Part shown: one piece after another, positions 1 to 12,603 of the stretch
Numbering within the stretch: the stretch's first letter is position 1
Layout of the letters: every line of letters starts with the position of its first letter
Source: Zootoca vivipara
Lineage: Eukaryota
Direction of reading: 5' to 3'
Length of the DNA: 64,000 nucleotides
Assembly (NCBI RefSeq): GCF_963506605.1
Contig: NC_083290.1
Location: 29,450,001-29,514,000 of the forward strand
Translations under genes and position numbers: made by a program
Notes under the pieces: generated by a model
What the model was told of the DNA's origin: nothing
The model's database searches: none
The model's input: the letters and a program-made list of their open reading frames with translations, nothing else

Positions 1-501
1 TCAGAGCCACAAACCAGCCAGTGGTTTCAACCATGGTGAGCAGCCACAAGAAAACAGTTAAACCCTTCCAAGGCGCAGAAGGAACACTATTCAATGAAGG
101 GAGTTCTCCTTAACCTCGTCTCTCGCTGTCCCTTACCCAGAAAAAGCACCTGAGATTTCAGATACAGCTTTTGTCAGCTGCAGCATCCTCAACTGCTCCA
201 TGAGGCTAATATGGAAGAGACCAGTTTCTTCCAGCAGTGGATTTCCAGAGGTTTCCATCCGAAAAGGACTTGGGGCTTCTGCACCATAGGTGGCTCTCTC
301 TCACACCTCCTTGTCCAGTCTATATATACTGCAGGAATTCCATCAGCCTCACCTTCTGCCTGGATACGGCAAGCTGCCTCCAAGCCCTTCCAAAACCACC
401 TGGAATAGTCTTGATAGGTGGACCCCTTTAACCCTGTTGCAGAGGAGATCCTTCCATCTCCAGCACTGGGAGAAGGTTCCGTCGCATCTCAGGATGGAAA
501 A

Positions 502-3500
502 TCACATGTCCTCAACACTCCACTTGTATGCCAGCTCCTGAACTGCCTTCTTACTTGAGATCCTAGCAAAGCGCTTCTGCTCAAAGCCGTTGGACCTACA
601 GGAACAGAAACAATGTCAATAAGGTGACCCAACAAACAACTGGGGCAGGCAGATTTGTTGGGGGAGCTGGGTGGCCTTCACGGTGCAACCAAGTCCTTCA
701 AATTTCCCAGCCCCAAATCTTGGTCATGAGAAAGTTGCCAACAGCAGCTGAATGGAGATATCCCACCCAGCCGCAAACTTCACAAAGAAACCCCACTAGG
801 GATACTGCTTCAGAGTCATAATCAGGGACAGAGGACAGACGCGAAACCTGAAGTGGTTTCAGCAATAAGTCAAAATTACATGTAGGAAATGCCACATGGG
901 TCCATCACGTGGTTCTTTGTAACTGGAGACCATCTATTACCATTACTAGCAGAAAGACAGACTTACCTGTCCACTCCATCCCAGCGATACCCAGGCCAGA
1001 TGTTGAACCTATTAAGTGGGGGTGCTGGTCCATTGTATCTTGGTTTTTCTGAAGGAGGGAAGAAAAATAAGCAAACAGCTTCAACATTTTTTTTCAGTGA
1101 AGCCAGGGAGTTATGTTAGCACTGACCCAAAACACATAAAGTCGAGAAGAACCAACAACAGTGGTCCTCAAAGACCGTGTGATTTACAGGGAAGACAGTG
1201 TGCAAGGCACAGGGTTCACAGGAAGATAAGAGGCAAGGCAAGAAAGCAGAATGCCTAATACAGTGGAACCTCGGTTTATGAATGCGATCCATTCCACGGA
1301 GGCGTTCGTAAACAGAGGCATTCGCTCCCCAAAGGCACACTTCTGTGCGTGCGTGAAGCGTCGATAGAGCGCTTCTGCAGACACACGCTGCACAGATCAG
1401 TTCTGTGCGTGCACGAGCTGCGCAGATCGCGTCTGCGCATCCGACGCCGCGAAACCCAGATGTAAACACTTCCGGGTCCGCGGCGTTCGTAAACGGAAGC
1501 GTTCATAAACGGGACTGTTTGTAAACCAAGGTACTACTGTATGCCATCCATCACAAAATGCCATCCTAGAGGAAGCACCCATGAACATCTCCCCCCCCCC
1601 AAAAAAAAAACAACCAATTTTTGTTGAGGGGAGCTTAGAAGTAGAATGTGAGGACTGGGTGTAACAGAGAAGGATGAAGGGGGAGTTTCCTGCCCAGTTC
1701 TCTTCACCACAAAGCTTTACTCACTCCTCTCACTCCTGACACCCTATCCTTTTCAAAAGGCATTGTTGAAAAATCCATTTAGGTGCATCTCTTAGGATCA
1801 AAGTTATTTCCAAGCCGAACATTCCACCTCTTAGCTGTAACAGACCAGAACTCACCTTTGGGAAGTACGAGAATTAGCACAGTGCCTCTTCCTGTCTGTC
1901 AACCACAGCCACCCTCCCCACCGCCACAAACCTTTCTACCAGTAACACCTGGAGACTGCAAGTGCTGACCTTTTGTATCTTTCTTCTCCTTGGCCTTTTT
2001 CTTCTTAAGGAAATCAGCCATGGGGTCCCCTTCACGCTCCTGCTCCCGCAGCATCTTGTCCAAGTCCTGGTCGTCAATGTACCGGGCCAGTGGCTTCTGC
2101 ATTTCTTTTGCTGCATCTTCCACATTCTGCTGCTGCTGCCGGCTCTGTGTGAGGCTGCAGGGAGAGGCACAAACCAAAGCAGGGCATAAGCGCCTGGAGT
2201 CACCATATTTTCTTGCCTTTTTTGCACAAGACACTATAGGAGGTTTGGAAAGAGAAGGGTCACCTGCTGTTGCCCAAGTCAGCAACACACCAAGGAAGGC
2301 TTGACATAGCGGCTCTTCTCTTAGGGTAACAGTTGTGGCTCAATGCTACAGGCAGGAGGTGTCAGGTTCAATATTCTGAGCTGGTGTTAGGACACCTTCC
2401 TTTCTCACTGTTAAGTGAGTTTCCCATCCCCATTTTTCAGTGGTCTGATAGGGAAGTGCGGCTTCTGCCCTGAACACAGGAACCATTCAGCTTACCCCTT
2501 TCCCCATTTGGCATACTGCTCATCTCTCTCAGATTTCTCCTGTGCTTTCTTGCGCTGTTCCAGCAACTCCTGCTTCAGGTCCCTCTTGCGGCCCGACTTG
2601 TCCCGGAAAACCGTTTCAGTATGTCGCGATTCAACTGGGGGAGGGAAGGGGGGGGGAGAAGGAGCCAGGTATTCAAGCTAGCCACAACAGGAGGCTGAAA
2701 AATGTCGCACCATCGAATTTATCTGTTTGGTGAACTCAGCACACCCAGTAAACATTTGATTATTTCTGTAGAAAAGCAAAGCTGTAAATGATAAATTGAA
2801 CTGGTATTTTTCCGCTTGCAGGAAATGTGGGTCTCTGGACTGCAGAACTTTGCTTTTAGACTTACAAGGAGCCAAGGACGAGACAAATCGTATGACTCAC
2901 CACCACAACTGCTAGCAGCTCTTGAGTTTCAAAGGTCTATCTGCATTTCCTTTCAATCTGCTGGGTGCTAACTTCATTGGGTGTGAGCCATTAGACCCCA
3001 AATATCTGCACATTTTTCAGTCATAGCCCCTCACACCCGCAGGAAAGGATGGTGGTTCACAGTTTAGAGAATGCAGCAGCCGCAACTACCAATTCCTGCA
3101 ACTAGCAGTCCCAGCTGATCACCACTGCATTTGCAGGAGGACCTGCCAAAACTCTGGTGGGCCCTGCTCCACTATGAAGGGTCACAGCCAAACATTTCCT
3201 TCTGAAAGCCGCTTTCATTCCTACTATAGTTACCCAGTCTTGGTGGTGATGACATGTCCCGATGGGTTTTAAACAGAGGGGCCCATACAACCCAGGGGGT
3301 GAGGGCTGGATTCATGTCCTACTTGTGCCACGAAGTCACTGTGTGACCCTGAGAAAGTCCCATTCTCCACCTCTGCCTCCCACCCCACAGCTCACCTTCC
3401 AAATGTTTGCTGCTGCTTTGCTGTTTCCTGAGCTCATGCTGCTCCTTCCTCAGTAGCTCAGCTGACACTAAGCCAGCTTTGCCTCCCGAAAGCATCTGAG

Positions 3501-6500
3501 GGCCCTGCAAGCCAAAAGCAGCACAACAGCTGTGTCAAAAAATAAAAATGCTACCCTTGTGCCAGTTCCACAAAAGTACTGAACCCCATACAATTCCAGT
3601 GTAGCTGCCTCTGGGGGAAGTCATTCCCCATAGCACTTGGGGAAAGCATACAGGTAACCTTTACAGGGTTCCACAGCTCCTTACTTATTTATTTAGAGCA
3701 TTTTGTACTCTGCTCTTCAGCTCAAAAGGCTCCCAGAGTAGTTAGATACAATCAATTAAAACAAGACATCCCTGCCTGAAGATTTACCATCTAAAACAAA
3801 AAAGAAAAACACAACACACAAAGAGAAAAGGGGCAGGGAGAGAAGAAGAAAAAGCAAAGTCTGGCACCAATTCTTAAGCAGCAGTTCTTATCATGGTTGC
3901 CATGTTTACAAAACAGAATCAGCACATTTACTGCTGAATAACAAAGTCCCCACCTTTTGGACGCCATCCTTCCCTTTGGTGTCCTTGGCCCGTCGAGGTG
4001 GTGAGAGGTCAGGGGGGCTCTTGGACCTGTGGGCCTTCCTCCTGCCTTCTTGACCTCTTCGGGGAGGGGACAAATCAGAGTCTGAAGACTTGCACCGTGT
4101 TCTTCTGGGAGGAGAGAGGTCGGAAGGAGAGCTCGGGCGCTGTGAGTGTGTACTGCGAGAGGCCCGTGGTGGGGAAAGGTCCGAATCTGAGGAGGTTTTG
4201 GCACTCCTCCTGGGTGGGGGAGAATCGGAGTCGGATTCAGAATCATGTCTCTGGCGCTTCCTTGGTGAAGGTGCTGATGAATGGGACTGTTTATTGGCTT
4301 CAGAGTCTGTAAAGTGGCATACAAGCATCAAAACAAATTACCAAATGTGACTGGACGTTTACCAGGACTTCCAATAAGAATAACTCACCCTCCCAAAACA
4401 TACTCCTCTCTGGAGAAAGGCTTCCACAAATCTACTCACCTCTGGCGTTGCTTTGCTTTCCTAGACCCCCAGTGGGCAACTGCCGTTTCTGAGACAGCAA
4501 CGGGCCGGCATCAGAATCACGCATCTTCTTCTGGGGTGGGGACAGGTCAGAGGTAGCTTGCCACCTCTGATGGGCTGAGGGCTTGTCAGCGTAGTGTTCC
4601 TTTCGGCCTCCATGCGAGCTTCTGGTATTATTTTTGCCTGTGTCAGAATGATGCCTTTTAGGTGATGGATCAGGTGAGTCCCGGCGGCCCCTCCTGGGTG
4701 GGGACTGATCTGGTGAGTCACAACGGGTCCTCCTGGGCGGTGACTGGTCCGGCGAGTCACGGAGGACCCTCCTGGGCGGTGATTGGTCCAGCGAGTCATG
4801 ACGTCTCCTCGGCGGTGACTGGTCTGGCGAATGCCTTGCTCTTTTTTGTTTTGTGGCTTCTGAACTGGAAGGGAAAAGAACAACGAAAACCAAAATGCAC
4901 ATTAGTCAAAGCTTCAAACAGGCAAGTCACTTTCAGTAAAAAAATTGCTGCCGTATATGGTTTTGACACAGCAAGCTGGCAGCAAGTAGGGAGTAGTAAT
5001 CCTGACCAGAGAACACCCCGTGGGCTGACTCAGCCTCCTGGTGTTGGCACTTGAAACTCTGCCACTGCCAGTTTCTTTGCCAATACCACCACAGCCAGAA
5101 TGCCAACAGTCCACTATGTGTGCTCTTTCTTTGGAATCAAGCGACAGTTAATTATTTATCTTGACGCCGCCCCTCTTATACCACAATATGGCCAGCCTAG
5201 TTCTAACTATGTTCATAAAGATGTTGGGAGGCTTACTGTGCCCTTTTCAACTGTGCAGAGCCTACGCAGTATGTATTCAATGAGCCTGCAGCAAGCTTTA
5301 TGCCTTAGCTTCAAAGACTTCATACAGCTGGTGTGCTGCAAACATGAAGTGCTAGTCATTCCTTCCACTCACAAACTATGTTAAATAGCTGCTCCAATCC
5401 AGAAGGTTAAAGCCACTGTCACAGCAGCTATTAAAATCATCTTGAAGGAGCTGCTCCTCCTCCTCTTCTTCTTCTTCTTCTTCTTCTTCTTTTCTTCCTC
5501 CTCCTCCTCCTCCTCCTCCTCCTCCTCCTTTGGTGATCCCTCGTAGACAAGTAAGACTGTCTTCCACGAACACTGTCTTAACATTGAGTCTGTAAGTGAC
5601 TGTGGAGGCCAATTCTGGATCCACCCGTCCTTCCACAGTGGTAACATAGTTTTCTAGGTGGAGTTGCTCATGGTGAGGATTTGCCAAACATGCCTTCCTC
5701 TTAACACGTTTCTCTCTTTCGTCCTGAGTTTGAACGTCTTCAAAGTCCAGGACACCTTCGGTAAAAGCTGTTCTCCAATTGGAATGCTCGCAGGTCAGTG
5801 TTTCCCAGTTGTCAGTGTTTATACTATGTATTTTTAGATTTGCCTTCAGTCTTTAAACCTCTTTTGTTGACCACCAGCATTACGCTTTCTAGTTCGGAGT
5901 AGAGTAGTTCCTTTGGAAGACGATAATCAGACACCCGGACAACATGACCAGTCCAATGAAGTTGATGTTGAAGGATCATTGCTTTGACACTGGTGATCTT
6001 TGCTTCTTCCAGTACACTGGTATTAGTTTGCCTGTCTTCCCAAGTGATTTTTTTTTAAAAAATGGGGACACCGTTGATGGAATCTTTCAAGGAGTTGGAG
6101 ATGGTGTTTATAAGTGGTCCATGTTTCACAAGCATGCAGTAAGCTTGGAAGTACAGTAGCTTTATAAACAAGCATTTTGGTTTTCCTGTGAATATCCCAG
6201 TCCTCAAACACTCTGCTCTTCAATTGGGAGAAAGCTGCACTTGGCGAGCTCAAGCAGTGCTGGATTCTGGCATCAATGTCAGCCCTTGAGGAAAGGTAGA
6301 AGTGATTAACACTTTTCAATGTTACACCATTGAGTTGGATTTGTGGCAGAGAGGTTGTTTTGTGCTTGTTGGTGCAGCACTTTGGTTTTTGGGATGTTGA
6401 GCGAAAGGTCAAGCTTTTTGTAAGCTTCTGCAAAAATATTTAGGATGGTTTGGAAATCATCCTCCGAGTGTGCACACACTACGTTGACATCAGCATACTG

Positions 6501-9500
6501 AAGCTCTATGACGGAAGTTATGGTAACCTTACTCTTTGCTTTCAGCCTACTCATTAAAGAGCTTTCCATCTGTTCCTCCTATACCACAGATGTCTCCTAG
6601 TCAGGAAAACATAAGCTGTTAAATGCTCAACTAAATACCCTCCTTACCTCTTTGTTGACTTTGCAGTCACAGAACGATCAGATTCTTGTGACTCTTTCTT
6701 CTGATCTGAAAAAAGAACGCAATTCAAGCCATGTTTATGTAGACCTCTGAACTGTCTACATAAAAATCTACATTATGAGGGGATGCAAATTTTGTGGCTT
6801 TTGCAATGGTCATGCAAAGGACAGCAATGTCTAGAAAACTAACCCAGGAGCAGTGATGTGGAGTGGAACATGTTCCAGTGCTTTATCTTTCTGCAGAATG
6901 CATTCCATCTCATATGGTAATTAGTAACAATGTTATAATACAGTGTTAGGCAAGTCAGACAGTGTCAACCTTTCTAAGTGTTGTTTACTAAATATAAGTA
7001 AAATAAACACACTATATTAGATCACCTTTTAGAGCATCAGAAAGTTTTCCAATGCAAATTACCCCAATTCAAAAAAAAATTCTGGAAAATTCACATCACT
7101 GTCCAGGAGAGCACATATTTTTCCATGCAAAAGATCCCAAGGATAATACCTGGTGTCTCAAGGTGGGAGAGACTCCTGCTAGCTGGATGGATCAAAATCT
7201 GACTTGGTATAAGGCAACTCCCTGCATTCCTATGCTCGCCCTGCTCCCTGAGCAAAAGTAAACCCCCGACAGGCTTTTTTGGCAACCCACAAACTTCTTT
7301 TTCAAACTCCACTTCCCACAAACTGTTTCACCCTGCAAATACTGCTGGACTACAACTCCCATCATCCCCGAGCATTAGCTATGCTGGCTGGGGGATGATG
7401 TGAGTTGGGATGTCATTGAAGGGTCACTGTTGACCCACTTCTGTAGCATAGTCATGAAAAACGGATTACACTTGATACGTCAGAGCAAAAATATTCACAC
7501 TAGCTGAATTCTACATGAGATTTCATTACTAACAGTTTGCATTCTTATGACTCATAATGTCTTATTTTTTTAAGACCCCAATGAACCTCTACATTGCCTA
7601 AACACTAATAAGTAGAGTGTGTTTATTTTCCTTCTTCATTCTTTTTTGTGCAGTGACCGCAATCTCTTGGTTACACTTCCATAACATTTACTAGGCTATT
7701 TCTCTGTTCACCTAACCTCACTCTTCTGCCACACCTACAGAGAGACATAACTACACAAAAGAACCCCCTCACTCCTCCCCCAAAAAATGTGCTCGTCTGG
7801 GCTGTGTGTCTACATGCAGAGCTAACCTGATGAAAGCATCTCACAAAGCACAAAATCATCACCCCATTAGAAGAATTACAGAACACTAACCTCCCAACAG
7901 CTTCCACTTGTTACTGGTTCGGAATTCTTCCATCCATTTAACCTCATCTGGCCGCTCATCAATAAACTCAGCCACCTGGAAGGAAAGACAGGAGATCTAG
8001 GCAATCCCAAGAGACATGTCGCACTGCGAAGCCAAAATCTCCCCAGCTGAGCGACCCTTTTTACAGTGTGTACTCAATGCATCTGTGCTTTTCTGAACCC
8101 TCCAATTCCAATGAGTAAAATGGAAATTATATTGACTTCCACTACACACAACTGAGATGAAAAGACGATGTACTACTCAGAGAGTTAAAACAGTTTTAAA
8201 TAAGTGATGGTACAGCTAAGCACTCTGTTTCCAACTACCTCCAAATACTCACCACAGGTAAGTCTCCATCATCCCCCTCCTCATCCTCTTTTTCCTGCTC
8301 AATAGGGATATTTTTCCAGCTCGTGTCATCATCATCCACTATGCGAATTCTGGATGTCAAACAGATAAAACAACATGATCAAAGATCAGCATATTGTTTA
8401 AATGTAATATCTGAAAAAAGAGAAGCTCTCTATAATAACAAATCACAGTAGTATCACAGTGTAGCATCTTACAAGCACTTCAATTTATTAAGCCATCACA
8501 CTCATGAATAAATTTTCTAGATAACTGCTAGGCTGTTAGAATGTAGTTTTGCTTATCATCTTGCTGCCATGACGTGCCTATTACAGCCCAATTTCATGCA
8601 TGTATTCAATGGGGCAACCTTAGGCCCTAGAGCAGAGCTTTCCCAACTTTTCATGTTGGTGACACACTTTTTAGACATTTTGTGGCACAGTAATTCAGTT
8701 TTACTAGCAAACTGTAGGTTAAACAAACCCCTTTCCAACCCCAGGATGAGCATGGGAAGCATTTGTGTGACACACCTACACACTACAGCCAACACACTAA
8801 CATGTCGCAACACAGTTTGGAAAGCTCTGCCTTAAGAGCAAGGGTGGGCAACTGCTGCACTCTGCCTAATTTCATGTAGGTGGTAGAGAGGGGAAGATGC
8901 CATTCCCCAAACAGATTAACCCCTCCCCTAAATGTGGCTCTGAACAGGAAAAGGCTCCAAGGTACCATAAGGGGAGAACAATTTCATAAATCTACCTAGT
9001 TATTAGGTTTCCCACATCCAAGCCCAACATGCTAACTACTCTGTTGGAAGCTCAGAATGCACAAGTGGGCTGCACCCTCATTTTTCTTATTACCGGTATG
9101 TGGTGTCCACTGCTTTAAGAGGTCGTTTGCTACTCTACCTGAGTGGCATACTAAAGGCCTCTATGGGCAGCACCATCAACATGCTTGCCATTTTGCAAGA
9201 TTCTTATACAAAGACTACAAACTCCTGCATTCTAGGACCTTACAATCTGAAAGCTATAGTAAACTCCTAGGAGAGGCAGGGAGGGAATAGGATGAATGGC
9301 AGGCCAACACTACTGAATAATACTGAGGCTTGGTTACACAGCTGTAGAGAAAGAGGGTAAATAGAAGATTGGTGGAGGCATAAAAAGAGTCTCGCATTCC
9401 AGCACTAATCTGGTAGCAATAGGAAACCAGAAATTGCACAGACAAGATCATGAAATGCCACACAAGTGATGTGAGCAAGTGGGCTGCCTGGAACGCTCTG

Positions 9501-10291
9501 TCAGGTGGTCCGGTGGGAAAGACAGAATTGGACTGGTTCACCTTTGTCATACGGGAGGAATTTCACAGGTACGGCATAATCCCAGTATGAAATGCAAGCA
9601 GCCTGCTAGAGAAGGAAGAGTCTCCTCTACCCCACCCTGCCGGGCAATGCTCCATCCCTCCTCTGCCCAACAAGCAAGTAAAAAATGCTGCAGACCAGTA
9701 TATTTGGGCATATTTGCAAGGCTATTAAAAACATAAATGGGCGTTGTGGCTTGAAAAGCAGGGCGGGAAGTCTGACCAACCAAGGCTGCCCTGCAGTGAA
9801 CTTCGGCATTCGACCGTCATTTATTCATTTATATCCCTTTCTTTTTGCCCTCAAGAAGCTCAAGGGTGGCACACATGGTTCTTCCTTCCATTCTCATTTA
9901 ACACCCCCCACACACAACAACCCTGAGAGGTAGGCGAGGCTGAGAGGCCGTGCGAGGGGATTTGAAGCGCAGAGCTATTTCTATGCGTTCACACCCCTCA
10001 AAAGGAGGGGGAAAGCAGAGCGGGGAAAGGGAGGAGGGTCTCTTCGTCATCGGCAGGGAGGAGGAGAAGGAGGAAGCGGCGACAGAGCCAACATCTACCC
10101 CCGGCCCCCCATCCTTATTCCCTCCCTCCTTCCCTATCCCACCTTCCCGGAGGCAGCTCCTTCGCCGCCTTCTTCTTCTTGCGCCGCTTCTTGGCCTCCG
10201 AGTCCGCCGCCGGCCCGCCGGCCTCCAGGTAGCGCCGCCGCAGGTATTCGGCCTTGGACAGGCCCGAGGCTGAAGCCGAGGCCGCCGCCAT
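502..10291 (-). CDS. BUD13: BUD13 homolog (RES splicing complex), 11 coding exons, 591 aa
   Basis: Exons 10143-10291, 8253-8349, 7891-7975, 6648-6705, 4440-4864, 3954-4306, 3396-3504, 2496-2634, 1970-2154, 967-1048, 502-595; all GT-AG, phases consistent, total 1776 nt. Motifs [25 protein letters not shown], DxSPPRR repeats, [25 protein letters not shown]...YKWSVEDM*. Confidence 0.96.
1261..1539. mobile_element. Tc1/mariner (Tigger/pogo-like) MITE
   Basis: TIRs CAGTGGAACCTCGGTTTA...TAAACCAAGGTACTACTG; TA duplication on both sides. Confidence 0.85.
5452..6572 (-). mobile_element. RTE-clade LINE 3' fragment with (GAG/GAA)n tail, BUD13 intron
   Basis: Decayed RT motif ELQYADV and [25 protein letters not shown]...LERFHQRC; purine trinucleotide tail at 5455-5530. 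Confidence 0.85.
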
Positions 10292-10530
10292 CTTCCTCAG
10301 GCGGGAGGAAGCGGAAGCCAGGTCGGCGCCAGGGTCAGAACCATAGAGAAAGAGCCTCTTTTTTTTTTTTACCCTCCCCTTCTTCTCTATGGTTGGAGCA
10401 GCTGGGGCCGGGAAGAGCGTTGGAGTCTGGGGCGCCCTCTAGCGGCAGCATCTCTGCGCGAGGGATGGGAAGCAATAATCCCGCGCCTACCTGGCGGCCA
10501 GGCAAGGGGGCGGGGGGAGGGGGCAGAGCA
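10140..10530 (-). promoter_or_regulatory. BUD13 CpG-island promoter with YY1, ETS-like and CTCF motifs
   Basis: CpG-rich; AAGATGGCGGC (YY1) over the ATG; GCGGAAG at about 10311; CCGCTAGAGGGCGC (CTCF core) at 10432-10445 (-). Confidence 0.7.
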
Positions 10531-10614
10531 GCGACCCTTGTTTATTATTGCAAGCCTATCCGCAACTTTTCCTTCAGGGTGTTCAAGGTGACTCGCTTGA
10601 TAACACTTGTAGTT

Positions 10615-10808
10615 TAATGGTGAATTTTAGATATAATGAAAAAAAATGGATTATTATAAAAAATGCAGGAGAAAATGACTAATGATAGGACACATGAAGA
10701 GGAGGAGGGAAGTCCAGGAGATTCTATGGAATCTTGTCTTTATGTTGTATGTTGGATATGTGGTTGTAAGACTGTAATTTGAAGAACCAAATAAATAATT
10801 TTATTTTT
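10615..10808 (+). mobile_element. L1 3' UTR remnant
   Basis: A-rich, GGAGGGAAGTC followed by a T-rich tract and AATAAA, like the 3' ends of the other L1 copies here. Confidence 0.5.
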
Positions 10809-10919
10809 AAATGTGAATCGCCTGGTTCTCTTCCTCCCCACTACAACCCTGAGGTGGGCTAGGTGGAGGATACAGGAACTGGCCCAAGGTGAGTTTCACA
10901 GCCAAGCGAGTGGGGTGGG

Positions 10920-11142
10920 GAACAGAATGACAGAACTGCAAAGTTGGAAGACCCCAGGGGTCATTTAGACTGACCCCCTGCAAGCAGGAATCACAGCTGA
11001 AGCATTCCTGACAGATGGCCACCCAGCTTCTGCTTAGAAACCTCCAATAAAAAAGTGTGCCACCTTCCGAGGGAGTCTGTTGCGCTATCAAACAGCTCTT
11101 AGCGCCTGAAAGTTCTTCCTAATGTTTAGTTGGAATCTCCCT
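10920..11142 (-). mobile_element. CR1 LINE 3' fragment
   Basis: Reverse complement contains ATTAGGAAGAACTT...GGCCATCTGTCAGG...CTTCCAACT, the CR1 3' end. Confidence 0.7.
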
Positions 11143-12603
11143 TCTATTTTAATCCACTGCTTTGGGATAGTCCCAAGAGATTGCCGTAGTAACACAGTCA
11201 AAAAGAGGAGTGGAGAGAGAAGAGGCAGGTGCAGACCAACCGCCTATCTTAGGATCCCTCATAGGGATGCATTGGAGCCAACTCCTATATTTGAGGGAAC
11301 CAGGGGGCCCCAAAGCTGATGGGCGTTGCCACTCAAATGATGTGTGTGTGACACGTCTTGTAATGCGGGGCAGAGCTTACCTGGCCCTCCAATATTTTAT
11401 TGAAGTTGGCACCCTACAGGCCAGCTATACTATTGCCAGGCTGGGAGGCTTCCACATCCCAGGAACAGAGCAATATGAGTGATTGCCTGCTGCTGCCCTC
11501 ACCTCCTCCTGACTGTGGGTTTCCCAGAGGCACTGGGGGGGGGGACAGGACAGCAGGATATGTACTGTATGTCTGATCCAGCAACACATTCCTGTTTGGT
11601 ATTCTCTACCCACTGCAGCACAGGCCAGAGAGCCAAGAACATTTCCATGTACACCTTTCGTCAGGTAGAAAATATGATCACAGACACAGATCTTCAGAAG
11701 CCCCGTAATTTGCAGGAGCCTTTGTCCACCTGGTACCCTCAAGATGTTTTGAGCAGTCACTCCCATCAGCTGCCCTTTCCACCCACCAGGATGATCATCC
11801 AAAACAGCTGGAGAGCTTCAGCCTGGCAAAGGCCAATTTATGCCAAGATGGAGAGGACTACCTTATACAAACCCCATTACAAGTGTGCAACGGACAGATC
11901 TCAGCCTTGACAAGTTTTTAGACAAAATTGCCCAGCCTTAGCTAACACATGAAGAGGAAAGCAGACTATACTTAAAAGCCCCTACCCTTGCGAAGCAGAG
12001 ATAATCAGCGCTGCTTGTGTGAAGAAAATGATACTTTCAAGGTTGGGTACCAGCTTTTAGTTTAAGAGGGAGCCAAGGTCGATTACATCCCTACTGTTCT
12101 TCAGGACTTGAATATCCCTCATTTCTCTCCCAAGAGGAGAGTGACTTTAGCAGAGGGCGAGCAGGAGTTGTCTTTTCACACACCTCACTTTTATTGCTCT
12201 GGAGGGGGGAAAATGCAAAAAAAACCAAACACCCGTAAGGGAACAGGGGAGAAGAGAAGACTGACTATGTTGCCTCCCTTAGTGAAAATGCAAGACACTA
12301 CTCATGCAGGAGGCAGCACTCAATACAGAACCAAGTGCTGAAGATCCTGGGCAATGATATACCTGGGCATCTAACTTCGATGGGCCAGTTGGGGGAGTAA
12401 ATCAAGCAGAGGATGACCTGTGCCATAACAGAATGAGCCTCAAACGAGAAGCAATGCTTTTGCTTTTTATGAGAAGCCCTGCTAGCAGCTTTCCATGGGT
12501 CAAATTCAATCCAGAGAGTCACAAGACGACCCTTCCTTCGCCAGGCAGGCGCAACTGTTCATCTTTCTCTGCACAACGCTGTCCTGGCCTGTGTGTGGCG
12601 CTG

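Noticed and set aside
4660-4835. Regular 33-36-nt repeats resembling an array
   Set aside because: They encode the DxSPPRR repeats typical of BUD13; not CRISPR or satellite DNA.
5376-5687. Poly-G/E/K ORFs
   Set aside because: Translation of the (GAG/GAA)n tail of the RTE element.
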